Assembly (NCBI RefSeq): GCF_009914755.1
Contig: NC_060931.1
DNA length: 64,000 nt
Source: the human T2T-CHM13v2.0 reference genome, Homo sapiens
Reading direction: 5' to 3' (one strand)
The notes under the pieces are model-generated. The model ran no database searches, had not been told where the DNA came from, and saw nothing but the letters and a program-made list of their open reading frames with translations. Of the stretch, positions 1 through 15,541 are shown piece after piece (the first letter of the stretch is position 1; each line of letters opens with the position of its first letter). The position numbers were made by a program, and so were the translations under genes.

Positions 1-540
1 TTCAAAAAAAAAAAAGAAAAAGAAATGCTCATAGCAGCACTATTCCTAATAACCACAAACTGTAAGCCTCCCAAATGCTCATTAATAGAATGAATAAACT
101 GAGGTATATTCATGAATACTGTACAGATATGAGACTGAATTAATTACAACTACACACAACAATATGGATGAACCTCACATAGGTAACCTCACATAGGTAA
201 CAGACCAAAAGCTTATCCAGAGGGTTTCTATTTATATAATGTTCAAAACAGATACAACTGAACTGTCATATGCAAAAAATTGAATCTCAATCTTTACCTT
301 AATACTAAAACCCCAAATGAATCACAGACTTAAATGTTAAGATCCTAAAACTCCTAAAAGTCAATCTAGCAGAAAATATTAGTGACCCTAGGCTTGGCAA
401 AGATTTCTTAGGCACAACACACACACACACAAAACAAACAAACAAAAACACTGAAAAAAAATTTCAATAAACTGTATTTCATAAAGATCTATGATCTGGG
501 TACTATTCCATATACGTATCTTCAATGAAAATACTAACAA
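1..540 (+). mobile_element. Old L1M 3'-end fragments
   Basis: Degenerate L1M-like text (atagcagcactattc, caaatgctcatt, atggatgaacctcac, ggcaaagatttctta); 14-bp tandem duplication aacctcacataggt at ~171-198. Confidence 0.55.
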
Positions 541-1867
541 AAATTAAATAAAGAATTGAGTGATGAGAAGACAACACAATCAACCACTATGTCATCTCAT
601 TAAGGAACAAGTACACCTCTACAAGGAGAGAAAGAAAGCCAACAGTGGCAGAGCAGGAGTTGGAAAAGGGAAAAATAGTTATCAACAAATGTTTTTCCTA
701 GTCTTTGCATTGCAACGGGGGGAGAAAGGGAAAACAACGAAGAAAGACCCTTTGGTTCTCCTCCTATAACTGCTCTTAGTCCACCACACATCATAAAAGA
801 AAATATATCAACTTAAGAGCAAATCAAAGACATCTTGGTCCAGGATCCTTTTCCACTGAATGCCCTTTACTTCTTTCTCTCTTCATCTGGTACCTTCCTC
901 ACTTTTGAATTTTTTCCCTTCCTTTCTCCTTATTTTTCCAGGTATAGCTTTTTGCTCTCCGCATCCACACATCGCTATGTATCACTTTCACCTTTGCATA
1001 CGAGGCACCAAAATAAGAAGAGAACAATTAAAATACACACACAAAAACAGCCTGGGTTCCTTATGGATTTGAAATACCCTTATATTGGAGAAGGGACAAC
1101 ACACAATCTCTATCAATTCTCACCAATCCTTTTTATTCGGCATTGGTAGAATATAGGCCACAGCATAAATATTACTATGACACTTTTTCCCTCTCCGCTT
1201 CTCTCCTCTCCTGAACAAGACAGCTACAGTTTGTGAATTCAGTATTGGCTAGCTAACTGAAATGTTAAGGATCTAGGCTAGGAGTTCTTACCTATTGAGC
1301 TACAAGTATAAAGACTCCCTTTTAAACACTAAAATACATCAAAAACCCACAAACATGCAAAAAGAAATTATCCTTTCCGTATCTGTTCCCTGAGAAAATG
1401 CAAACCTATATAGCACTGTTGTGAGTTGTTAATTTTTAGTTCATTGTGAACTTTATCAATTAAAACAACATCCACTCACACTGAACAGCAGATGTGGGCA
1501 ATGCTATGTGTGAATGCAGTCTCAGCTTCTCAGATCTCCTCATCTCACAAACTCCTCAGCCCTCCTTGGGTTTACCTAGGCAGACTGGGAATCAGCTCTG
1601 ACCACTCTGGGCTCAACTTTCTTTACTGATTAAGAATTGTACAATTTTGTTACCTGAGTTCCCTGAAGAAATAGCAATAAAGTTTGACAAAAATGATAGT
1701 ACGGTAAAGTACCTTCTGTTCACACAGGATTCTTCTGGGATGATTTATTAAACAGTTCTCCCAATAACCATTCCTTCTACACACAACACACACACCCCTT
1801 CCCTCTCTTTCTCTTCACCTAAAAAGCACTCAGAACTGGTATCTAGACTGTTTAATAAATGATTAGA

Positions 1868-2179
1868 GTCAGCCCTCCACATCCACAGATTTGACCCACT
1901 ACAGATCAAAAATATTTGGGATATAAAACAATAAAAAATAAAATACAACAATAATACAAATTTTTAAACTATAATATAACAACTATTTACAGAGTGTTTT
2001 CATTGTATTAGGTATTGTAAGTAATCTAGAGATGTTTTAAAACATATGGGACGAAGTACACAGGTTATGTGCAAATACTATACCATTTTACATGAAGGAC
2101 TTGAGCATCTGTGGATTTTGATATCTATGGGGGGTCATGGAACCAATCAATCCCCCTTGGACACCAAGGGACAACTGTA
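1868..2179 (-). mobile_element. MER2-like TcMar-Tigger MITE
   Basis: Ends in ggaaccaatc..ccccttggacaccaagggacaactg-ta, the reverse complement of the MER2 terminus; other end cagccctccacatccacag. Confidence 0.7.
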
Positions 2180-4894
2180 CTACACCTTTTTAGCTATTAT
2201 GGTTATTACTACTACTACTCTCCCCCACGCACATTACCCCATAAATCCCAGAAGTGCTCTAGCTAAGAAAGGGCAAAATGAAGAAACGAGAACTTGAAAA
2301 CCTAGTTTTTTTAATCAGATATTCACATTTATTACTGTAAACAGGAGTAAACAAGGGAGTAAAAATGTGTCTAGCACCGACTCTACTATATTCAAGATGA
2401 ATTCATTCATTCAACAGGCACTCAAAAAAAAGGAAAATACCTGCAGTAGGATTTACCCCTAAAATCTCCAGAGGGTACTGTCTTGCAGCAAATATCTTCC
2501 TCGTAACTATTATATACATCATTTTTCATTCATCATTAGGCATTTTTTTTTAAAAAATTCATTCAATAGCATTCTCTGCTCTTAATTTTTTAAATGGTTA
2601 TGCTGAGTTTTTTTCTCTCTCTTCAAAACACAAAACCAAAAAATAAACTAACGTTTTGTAACCCTGATAGTTTTGATCTTAGGAGTCAGCCATTCAGAAC
2701 AGAAGTACTCCATAACTCCCCTACAAAATGGCACTCTTCAGACTTCCACTGTTCCTTTAAAGGTAAAAACATAATTTTAGATTTCAAGGTGTTATTGAGA
2801 TCTATTAGGATAACGTATTTCCCAATTTAGCCCCCCAAACAACCTTCAAATTCCATTATAATTTTACTTCAAATCGTATGTATATTTTTCAGTGAAGGAC
2901 TCTTAAGATTCTACAAAAATAAATTAGGTTGTTTTGCTTTTCCCATTTTATAAAATTGAACAAAAACAATTCAACCAATACTAAGCTCTTGCAAGACTAG
3001 CAATTCTTTTAAAAGGATAAAAATGAGATGAAAAATTACTAGAAATAATCACATCAGGGTTTTTGTATTTATATTTTGTATTTAGAGGTACTTTTCTCTA
3101 CCCAGTTTTCTGAATTATCAAAAGATAATTCTATATACTGCAGGAACAAAATCAGTTGTGGTGAATGATAACTTTTGGTTTGCTTACAATCAAGCAGTTT
3201 CTCCCCTGCTAAAGAAAGAAGTCAGATTTCTTCAACCTTTCTACCAGTAGACAGATGGGAACACTGACTATATGCAAATTCCAAATATCTCTAAGATTTA
3301 GAGCACCATGCCTCAAACCATTAACTTATTTTTTTTTTAAGTGAAAGCAAAAACTCTTAAAATGTAGCTGGACTGGTGAACAAGGAATTTAAGAATGTAA
3401 TGATAATGCTACATGATATTGTAAGGTGTTAAATTCCTGGACAGGATATAGTGTTACAAGCCATAAATTCTTTTTAAACTTCAGATTCTTATTTTTCAAG
3501 TTCCTCCAAACAAATTAAAAAGACAAATGATTTGACTGTTCATTACCATATGACTTTTAATAAAAAGTAGGGGCAAGGGAGAGTACCTTCTTGTTGTAAT
3601 ATATCTACATTAACGAAACAACTTCTATGTTTGCAAAGTGTTGTCTGATTTATAAGCTACATTTATCAACCATTAAGTCAGGACAGCATAATGGCCATGA
3701 AATAATAATACATAAATTAAGTAATCTCTGGTAAAACTGTGCATGAAGTTATCAGAAGCAATAGTGGCTGATTTCTAAACTTTAAAATCATGACCACATG
3801 CGTCCTCCCTTTCCTTCAAATAACCACCAGAGTGTAGGTAAGTAAATAAATAAAATCACTAAAATATCTTAGAATATCTTTCCTTACAGAATGTATTTTA
3901 ACCAGAAAACCTCATCCACTCCTAATTTGTTTCTCAATAATATTCATCCACTCTGTCCAACCCTCAATTTATCAGTAAAGAATTCATGATATTCCAAAAA
4001 GCTAATGTAATTATTACTGTCATCTCATTAAGTGTGCTCTTCCTAGTACCAAACTCTAACATTACAGCTGATACCCAGCTCGTTCACTATGCACACCACC
4101 CTCTTCTACCCTTCCCATCACCACCATTTTACTGGCAGAATATTCACAAGGCTGAAGACTGTTTCTCATCTCAGCAAACAGAATGCTTAAGATCAGATGG
4201 CTAGCCACAAACCAAAAGTTAGAAGCCACACAAAAATAAACACTAGCAGTCCTAAAATTTTCTACTTTCAGTCTCTAACAAAAGCAGTAACATCATTTTT
4301 ATTTGTGATGCCCTAAGTTAGAGCCATAAGCTTTTTCCCCTGATTATACTAATAAATCAATTTAAAATGATAATTTTACATCAGATTATGTCCTTCATAT
4401 ACTAGCATACTTTAAATAAATCCATTTTACCATGGTAGGTTCTTCAACTCATTTTTTTTGTATTTTTTCTGTATCATTCCTTAACTACCACATTATTTCT
4501 CCATTATTTTTCTAAATATTACATCTATGAACAAAAAAGATAACCCTGCAAACCCTAGAAAAGATAAATCAACATATACCTTAAGTATAAAATATCAATA
4601 TTAAGTATAACCTATTAGGTAACCAAGAGAAAGGTAAGCATCAACTGTATGCCCAGGAATCTCAATTTAAGACATCATGTAGTATACACTATTTTGGTAA
4701 ACAGAACTGTATACAATATTTGCATATCAAAATAGGCAACTATAGCCTTATTTCTGACTTCAGATAAAAATATCTTAATTCTTTTTATAAGGCAAAACAG
4801 TCATTTTAATGAAATATCTCTTTTCAGATATAATCATATGATTGACAGATAAAATAATTGCTTTAAAAATACTTCTGAGTCATTTTGTCCTTAC

Positions 4895-4935
4895 CTGCAG
4901 GCATGAACCATTACTGCATGCAGTGACTGTTCCAT
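4895..4935 (-). CDS. SRPK2: Candidate alternative SRPK2 first coding exon, MEQSLHAVMVHAC(R), phase-2 donor
   Basis: Strong Kozak GAAATGG, in-frame TAG two codons upstream, 13 codons + AG, donor CAG|GTAAGG; same phase and same split Arg codon as the known exon at 5488. Confidence 0.45.
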
Positions 4936-5029
4936 TTCCTAGCACAGACTTGAAGAAGCATCATATCTCTCTTACAGAATGTGACTAATCTGTGGGTTTG
5001 CAATTCCTAAGCTATTTACAAATGGCACT

Positions 5030-5280
5030 CCCTTACCATATAAGAATAAAAATTTATTACAACCCAAAATCAAGTATTTTTAACCTACATTTTACAAATA
5101 ACCTTCGTAATTCTGTAGAGCAGCAACCTCAACATATAGGAAGAAAACCTCACAGCATTTCCCTTTAAAAAAGCAAGATTTTTCTTTTCTGCTTTTTAGC
5201 TAAATTATTTTTAAAGCCTTCAACAGCTGTCACACATGAACCAGCGGTCTGCTGTGTTATGGTGTGCATGCTGCAGCTGA
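5030..5280 (-). promoter_or_regulatory. Candidate muscle/neural-type cis-element cluster
   Basis: MEF2 consensus TTATTTTTAA 5205-5214, E-boxes CAGCTG 5224-5229 and 5274-5279, near-CArG CCATATAAGA 5036-5045; no repeat recognised here. Confidence 0.3.
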
Positions 5281-5471
5281 TCAGGCTCCACTATTTTTCT
5301 TAAAAAAATCAATCACCCTTTGCAAAAGCAGAACAGCTTGCCCCAATACACATCTTCAATACAGCACAATACCAGCATGCAGGACAATACGTTATATAGC
5401 AAACTTGACAAGAAAAAAAAATATGTCCTGGTTTGTTTCTTAGCAATGCTACACCATTAATTGTTCATGCA
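5267..5471 (-). promoter_or_regulatory. RBFOX-type (U)GCAUG intronic splicing elements downstream of the SRPK2 exon
   Basis: Transcript-strand UGCAUG at 5466-5471 and 5376-5381, GCAUG at 5267-5271. Confidence 0.4.
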
Positions 5472-5487
5472 AGAGATGTAGCTGTAC

Positions 5488-5525
5488 CTTTCTGAAGAGG
5501 ACGACTTCTCAGAGTTAACTGACAT
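5488..5525 (-). CDS. SRPK2: SRPK2 alternative N-terminal coding exon MSVNSEKSSSSE(R); exon extends 5' to at least an acceptor at 5551
   Basis: Minus strand ATG TCA GTT AAC TCT GAG AAG TCG TCC TCT TCA GAA AG|GTACAG matches the recognised SRPK2 N-terminus; acceptor ttttctgatttttccag|A at 5552/5551. Confidence 0.93.
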
Positions 5526-5679
5526 CAGCAGCTCAATCTTCTGCTTGATTTCTGGAAAAATCAGAAAATATTCACAACCAAGATTGCCTGCCCTTGCTTT
5601 CAAGCCTTATATCAAGAGATTTTTCTTCTCTAATCCCTTTTGTTCAGAATGAGGCCACAAGATTCGCAGTACTTCTGTT

Positions 5680-5960
5680 AGGACTGGGATTCAATGGTGC
5701 TATAAAGGGAAAAAGCTCCAGAGGCATCAGGCCTTGCTAAACTATGCACATGACTGTTTATGAAAGCAGGAAGTACCATTTCTTTAAAGCAGAGGGGTGT
5801 TTTCTTTTTTAAGGTAGAACTAGCATGGTTCTACAAGATGATTTTCAATTTAGCAAAATAAAATACAAACAAGAAATCTTGAACATCTGAATTAAATATA
5901 CTAGATAATTTGAGAAGCCTGGGTAATCACGTCACAGGCTGTAATAAACAGATATGCAAC
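5680..5960 (-). promoter_or_regulatory. Putative internal promoter upstream of the MSVNSEK exon
   Basis: TATA-like tataaag at 5701-5707, ETS-like caggaagt ~5768-5775, CRE/ATF-like cacgtca ~5928-5934; non-repetitive. Confidence 0.35.
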
Positions 5961-6904
5961 CCTTGGCTGTTTCTATTTCACTAGCCCTAAAAAATATGGC
6001 TCAGTGAATCATTTTTGTCACTTAAGAATGAAATATTAAACCAGAACCCCGATGTATAGATTTCAAAATGTTTAACCTTTGTTTTAATTTCTTGATTGTG
6101 TTTAATTAAAGACACATTTAATATCTAGTGTTCCTAACTCCTCTAGAAAGAGACTTCTGATTTTATACCTTAATTTTCCCCTCCTCCTTAGCAGTACAGT
6201 ACAAGTGAACAGCAACACCCATTTACCGAGCAGAGATAATATATTTGTCCTTTTAGGAAAGGATTGACAATAGACATCTACAACAGGAATGTAAGCACCA
6301 GTTCAACTTAATTAAAAGATAATTGCTGATACTGATTTGGAAGGGAGATAACAGACTAAAAGGGAAGGAAGGGTGAAAATAAGAGAGGGAAAAGATAAGG
6401 AGACAATCTAACACGTTTCCTTTAAAACATCAACGACTGACTAAAGCACATAATTTTAAGTTAATAAAACTGACATGGTCCTATTACCCAGACTATTTCA
6501 TGTGTAAAGCTGTTTTCCTATCCCTAATAAGTATTTCCAACTGGATTTTTAAAACTGAAGTGTGCTTTCATAATAAAAAGTTCACATACTAAAAAATAAA
6601 TTAGTGCCAATAAAATGCTATCAACAGTACCAGGATTTCAAAATAGACCTCAATAGTTTTTTAAGCAGTAAAGCAAATTTTTTTTAAAATGTTGACTATA
6701 TAAATCAAAGTTGAATATGAGAAGATGTAAAGGAAAAAGGAATAAAAATTAGTTCCATAAAATACAATGGACCTGTACAGAAATATCCTCTCAGCGTTGT
6801 TAAAATAAGGATTTTTCCCAAATTTTTAAGCTTATAACTTCAATGAGCATTATAAAAGCGGCATGAATACCTGATGAGAGAGCAGAATCTACCACAGGGT
6901 GTAG

Positions 6905-7560
<656 letters not shown>

Positions 7561-9614
7561 TGAGCCCTCCCTGCTTCATCTCTCAATAAATATTTACTGA
7601 ATTAGTTAATGAAGGATACCAGGCCTGTCCAATGTTAAATGGTTTTTCCATAGTTTAAATCCACCTTCTCCTTCTTATCATCAACCTCAACATCCCCATT
7701 TTTATCACTGTAGTGTTATTGTAGGTGGGAACTTAACTTTAATCTGTATCTCAGCCTCCCTTCCTAGAGAATTGTGCTCCATGTATCAACTTGCTGCTTC
7801 AGAAAAGAGATTACACTTGAATCCATCTTCATCATGGCAATTTTGTATTCCAAAACAACAAAAAGTTCACACTTCAGTATACGTACGTATATCAATGCAC
7901 TTAAGATGAAAAAGCCCAAGATTAAATTACACAGCTCTAACGAAGTTAATGCCTATCTTGTAAACACTGGAAAGAAAAGTTCAAGCTATAAACCATATTC
8001 TGACTGGTGACACTGGAAGCCCCAAACCAAAGAGGATTCTAATAATACATGAAAAGGTTTCCAACTTCATTTTCACCTTATCTCTAAACCTTCAGATTTG
8101 TTCATCGCTCCAGAAGGACTCAGAAATCAAGGAACGTTAACACTATGATACTGTATCCTTTGAGGCCCACATACTCTGTCTATGCTACCATCAACTCCTC
8201 CCTGTCCTTATCATCCATAGGTCTGGTAATTCCCCACATTCGTGAAGAATTCCAGAAGCCATTTAACTGATTTCCATTCCACCACAACACCTGCCATAAT
8301 CGGGGGTACCTGGATGTCCATACTGATATGACTTATTAGAAAAGGCTTGGCTATCGACTCCAGGCTCCTCAGTCCACAGACTCTTGAACCTCTACCTCTT
8401 GAGCCATCCGTTCCCTTGACCATGCTCAGGACACTTTCTTACACACACCGCAAACACTTTCCCCCTCAATTAGTCAGTTGTTTTGGAATTTTATTCAATT
8501 ACTTCCAGGGTAGTATCTGGGACCCTATATGCTTTATTTTTCTGCAATAAAGTCAACCAATCTTTTCCTTGTTAAATTCTGGCCTTCCTGATAAACTTAG
8601 AAACAAACTTAGAAACACCTTCCTCACACCAAAGTTTTTAAATTTTTCATCCAATTTTCCTCTAATATGCTTTATAATAGTATTTGCATGTAAATCTTAG
8701 AACCTTCTAGATTTTGTTACATTAATTGATATAGAGATCCAGTCTGCTTTTACAAGTCAGATTTTAAAATGACTCTCTTGTCATTTTAAAATGACACATC
8801 TTCACAATTCTAAAATGACTCTCTTGCCCACCACTTCATGGTTCTTCCAAAGCAGCACCCACTGTCTCCATGTATACATTTAGACCAGTGAGTGCAAAAA
8901 AAAGTCCATCAACCTGATTATTTAACAGTTGTATTCCCTATGGATGTAATCTGAAAATGCTTGACAGTACACTCAACAGCTCCTTCTACATCTCAGCCTT
9001 TAATCAATCCTTTACCATCTGCCCTACTCCCACCTCAAGACCACACTTGCTTATTTCACACAGAAAACAGGCAAGCAGTTCCTGTGTAGTTTGAATAAAT
9101 ATATTTTAAATTATGGTTGCTTTTATTTTTAGTCATAATTTTGTTTCTTAACTGCTAAATAACATTATAGGAGGACATAAGTTTTTGTGGCTTTTTTTTA
9201 ATGCTTTTACATTTGCTTTCTCCTTCTAACTCTGGGTACTTTGCAAGACCGTTATCTTCCATGCAGCCCTTAAATGCTGGTGATACCTGTAAGGACCCTC
9301 TTTTCACTCACTGATCCTTCTGTCTACATACACCCTTGCCATCAAGAACTACAGGGCATTGATGATAACGGTAACTTAGTTTCCAGCCCAATATTCTCTC
9401 CTACAACCCAGAACCACATATCCTCCATTTTCACCTAGACAGTCTCTGCATGGCTTGAATGCGATGTCTAAAACTGAACCCATAAACTTATAAGCCTAAT
9501 GTCTTCTTATATACTCCTGATCTCAGTGAACAGCAACACCATTGCCGTACCAAACCTGAAATGTTTGAGGGATCCCAGGCTAGTTCCCCCAATCTCATTT
9601 GAAATATCTTTCCC

Positions 9615-10272
<658 letters not shown>

Positions 10273-10961
10273 ACCCAACTCACTTTTCTAATCTCAGTCC
10301 CAAATGTTACCTCCACACAAACACATTCCCAGAATTAAGTTCACCTCCTCTACGTCTCTGTATTTGCATTACCAAATTACTAAAATATATAAATTACTTG
10401 TTTCAGTCCCCATGAGACCATTGCTTCCCTAACGACAGGCACCTGAATGTTCAATTCAGACAGCCTGGCATATCAGACACTGGTTGTTGACACCTTCATA
10501 GTCTTCTCAGCCTGTTACAGTCAATCTAATGTTAGTTACAATTGAGCTACATTAATTTATTCTTAAATATACATTTCCAGATACACTTAACCAAAGATCC
10601 AAGCAATTTTAGAACTAGACTGATCCTCAGATCATCTCATAGCTGAACCACATGAATTTATAAAGGGGAAATCTAAGGGGCAAAAAGATACTGGAGGCAA
10701 TCACATTCTTCATCTTCTCCAGAAGATTACTGTTGCTGAGACCTACAGTAAAATTTCCAAGAACTTCAACAACCCAAATAGTAAAACCCACCCAATAGTC
10801 CCATAGGCTGTTCTTTTGGATAAACACAGAAACTGACCTTTCTGGTCTTAAAGCGTAATACAAGTATGTTTTATCTAAGTTCCTTCCTCAGCAAAGGACC
10901 CTCAAGCCTCCAAAAAAAAATTAACAATAAATTCCCTCTCTCTCTCTCTCAAAGAACTGAA

Positions 10962-11294
<333 letters not shown>

Positions 11295-11576
11295 CTATGT
11301 GCGTGGGGCTCCACCTCAAAGAAAGAAAAAAAAAAAACTGAAACTCACCAAATCACCACATCCAGACAATGACACTTTGGATCCCTCATTCATCATGATT
11401 GCTTCCTTGCCCCTCCCTAGTTCCTATTTTCTTACACACTGTTACATTTCTTCCCTGCTATATCAAGCTCTGGTTTTAGTCTGGGAGATGGATTTGAGAC
11501 TGAGCTCCCATCTCCTTGCTGCAGCATCCAATTAAAGCCTTCTTCCTCGGTAATACTTGTTCTTTCAGTGATTGGC

Positions 11577-11867
11577 TTTTTTTTTTTTCCTTGAAGACAA
11601 AGTCTCACTCTGTCGCCCAAGCTGGATGGCGCAATCTCGGCTCACTATAACCTCCGCCTCCCAGGTTCAAGCATTTCTCCTGCCTCAGCCTCCGGGATAG
11701 CTGGGATTACAAGCACCCGCCACCACGCCTGACAAATTTTTGTATTTTTAGTAGAGACGGGGGTTTCACCATGTTGGCTAGGCTGGTCTCAAACTGACCT
11801 CAAGTGATCCACCCGCCTCAGCCTCCCAAAGTGCTGGGAGTACAAGCATGAGCCACAGCACCCAGCC
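11577..11867 (-). mobile_element. AluS
   Basis: Full Alu; TSD cagtgattggcttt. Confidence 0.92.
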
Positions 11868-12761
11868 AGTGATTGGCTTTCCTTGTGGAGAGCAGCAGGA
11901 CCTAGACCAAACCCCTGGCATTTTGGTAACAGTAGGACATTTCAATCTTATTTTAAATCAGCTTTTAAAATGCTATTTTCTTTTATCTCCAATCAATTCA
12001 AATTATCCTTATTAATCAACTTTCTTGATTGAAACAACTAATCATCTGGGGCATGATACTCTTCTTATTCATCCCCTTTATACATCCCTCAAAGCCAACA
12101 ATTCACTGTGATTTCCCCATTCATTCTCTTGCATCCAACCTACAGATCTTCCTCATAACTCTTTTATTCTTGTTTTTACTCACACCTTAAAAGATACTCA
12201 AACTCCTTATGAAGATGAACAGTTTTTAACTCTTCAGTTAATGGCCTAGGAGCTCTAATGCTTCACCTGTCTACGTTGTAACACACTGTAAGTTTAAGGC
12301 TCCCAGACCACTAACTAAGGGCTATCAGTACAGCACTAAGCCAAGCCCCTGGAACCCTGATGAGGAGTAGCAGATTACCAGTAACTCTACTCAAAATGAT
12401 GTCCCATGGGGTGGTGCTTCAAAGATACAGACATCCTAGGAGAAAAACGGAGCCGCCCTGAATCAACCTAGAATCCTAGGAGTGAGGGGAACATAAGAAC
12501 ACACAGAAGCTGTGGGCATGATATGCTCCTTTGTCATTCAGATCACTAAACCTGGGCATGAGGACCCTGACTTTTGTCAAGTGGAAATTTAAAAAGACAT
12601 AATAACTGGGCAGATTATTCTACCTAAATAATTAGAGCTACATCCTTTTTCAATGGGAATCATTCTGGCAAATTTAATAAACTTCCTTTCACTTGCCAAA
12701 TTCTTTACATAATCATCCACAAACTTAATTTTGTTTGGGGTGTACATGAGGAGGATATATA

Positions 12762-13059
12762 TATTTTTTTTTTTTTAGAGGGACAGAGTCTTGCTCTGTC
12801 ACCGAAGCTGGAGTGCAGTGGTGCAACGATAGCTCACTGGGATCTCAAACTCCTGGGCTCAAGCAATCCTCTACCTCAGCCTCCTGAGTAGTTACAACTA
12901 CAGATGCACACCACTATGCTTGGCTAATTTTTTTTTTTGGTAGAGACAGGGTCTCGCTATGTTGCCGAGGCTGGTCTTGAACTCCTGGGCTCAACCGATC
13001 CTCCCACCTTGGCCCCCTCAAAGTGCCAGGATTGAAGGCATGAGCCACCACTTCTGGCC
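12762..13059 (-). mobile_element. AluJ
   Basis: ctcctgggctcaagc J-type diagnostics. Confidence 0.85.
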
Positions 13060-13136
13060 CATAAGGAAGATTTTTAAAAATTAATTCGTGCCTTACATTT
13101 ATCTGGAGCCACTTTAGACTATGACAAACAAATGCA

Positions 13137-13430
13137 GCTGGTCAAGGTGGCTCACACATGTAATCCCAACAATTAAGGAGCCCAAGGCAGAAGGACCGCT
13201 TAAGCCCAAGAGTTCAAGACCAGCCTGGGCAACATAGTGAGACTTCATCTCTTAAAAAAAAAAAAAAAATTAGGTAAGCATGGTGACATGCACGTGTGGT
13301 TCAGCTACTTAGGAGGCTGAGATGGCAGGATCACTTGGGCCCAAGAGGTTGAAGCTGCAGTTTACCAAGACTGCACCACTGCACTCCACTCTGGGCAACA
13401 GAGCAAGAATCTGTCTGAAAAGAAAAGAAA
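13137..13430 (+). mobile_element. AluJ
   Basis: Diverged full Alu. Confidence 0.85.
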
Positions 13431-13615
13431 CAAATACGTGTTAAGGTTGCCTGAAATGACAGGGAATACTGCAAGAATATACCTAGAAGTTAAGAGGAAA
13501 ATGCCTCAGCAGGCTTCAAAACCACACGCTTCTTCAGAAGTCAGAGCAGCTCCCAAATCAATATTTCCAGGTGTTCAGTGGGATGGTTCTCCACCTTAAT
13601 GCTCCACTATTCTAG

Positions 13616-14055
<440 letters not shown>

Positions 14056-14711
14056 CAACTTGGTATTTTTAAGAGACTTCTCGCTGAAATGCAAAAGGCC
14101 CGCAAAGGCTTTTCTGGCTCAGGTGCCAATTTCTAATACTGCTATCTGAAGCCAAGTATTGAGGTCCTGATTCAAAACTGACTGACTCATAAGTGAATGT
14201 TCACAAAGGTGCAAGAATAAAGCAATTCCTCTGCGTAATCTAGGAGGGTGGATGATTAACTGACCAACATCTGCTAAGGCCAGTCTAGCCTTAAAAGGGA
14301 GTCCCTGTTATCCCAGTGTTCATTACTGAAGTCCTCTGTTATGAGAATTCACAGAAAAGCAGAAATTCTGCAAAACATAAAAATCATCATTGGTAAACTG
14401 AACATTCAAAAAACTATCCCCAATTATCACTAACTTTTATCCCCACCCATCAAAATCCTTTGTCACTCTCTCATTAATAATCACACAGTCTAACAATTCA
14501 ATAAAATACAAATCTAGAGCCAAGTGAAAACTTAAAATCTGCAAAGGATGAAAAAAGTGACAAAGTTGACAGAAAATACTAAAGAAATTCTAGAAAGCCA
14601 GGCAAAATCAATGATAAATGAGGATAGAGGAGCAGGTTATGAGGTTTGTAAATGAAGAGAAAAATCAACAAGGACAATAACATGCTAAGTGGCTCAAGAA
14701 TAATTATTTGA

Positions 14712-15541
<830 letters not shown>

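Noticed and set aside
5031-5040. Donor-like ATG|GTAAGG
   Set aside because: Phase 0 would not fit the downstream phase-2 exon, and no good acceptor is nearby
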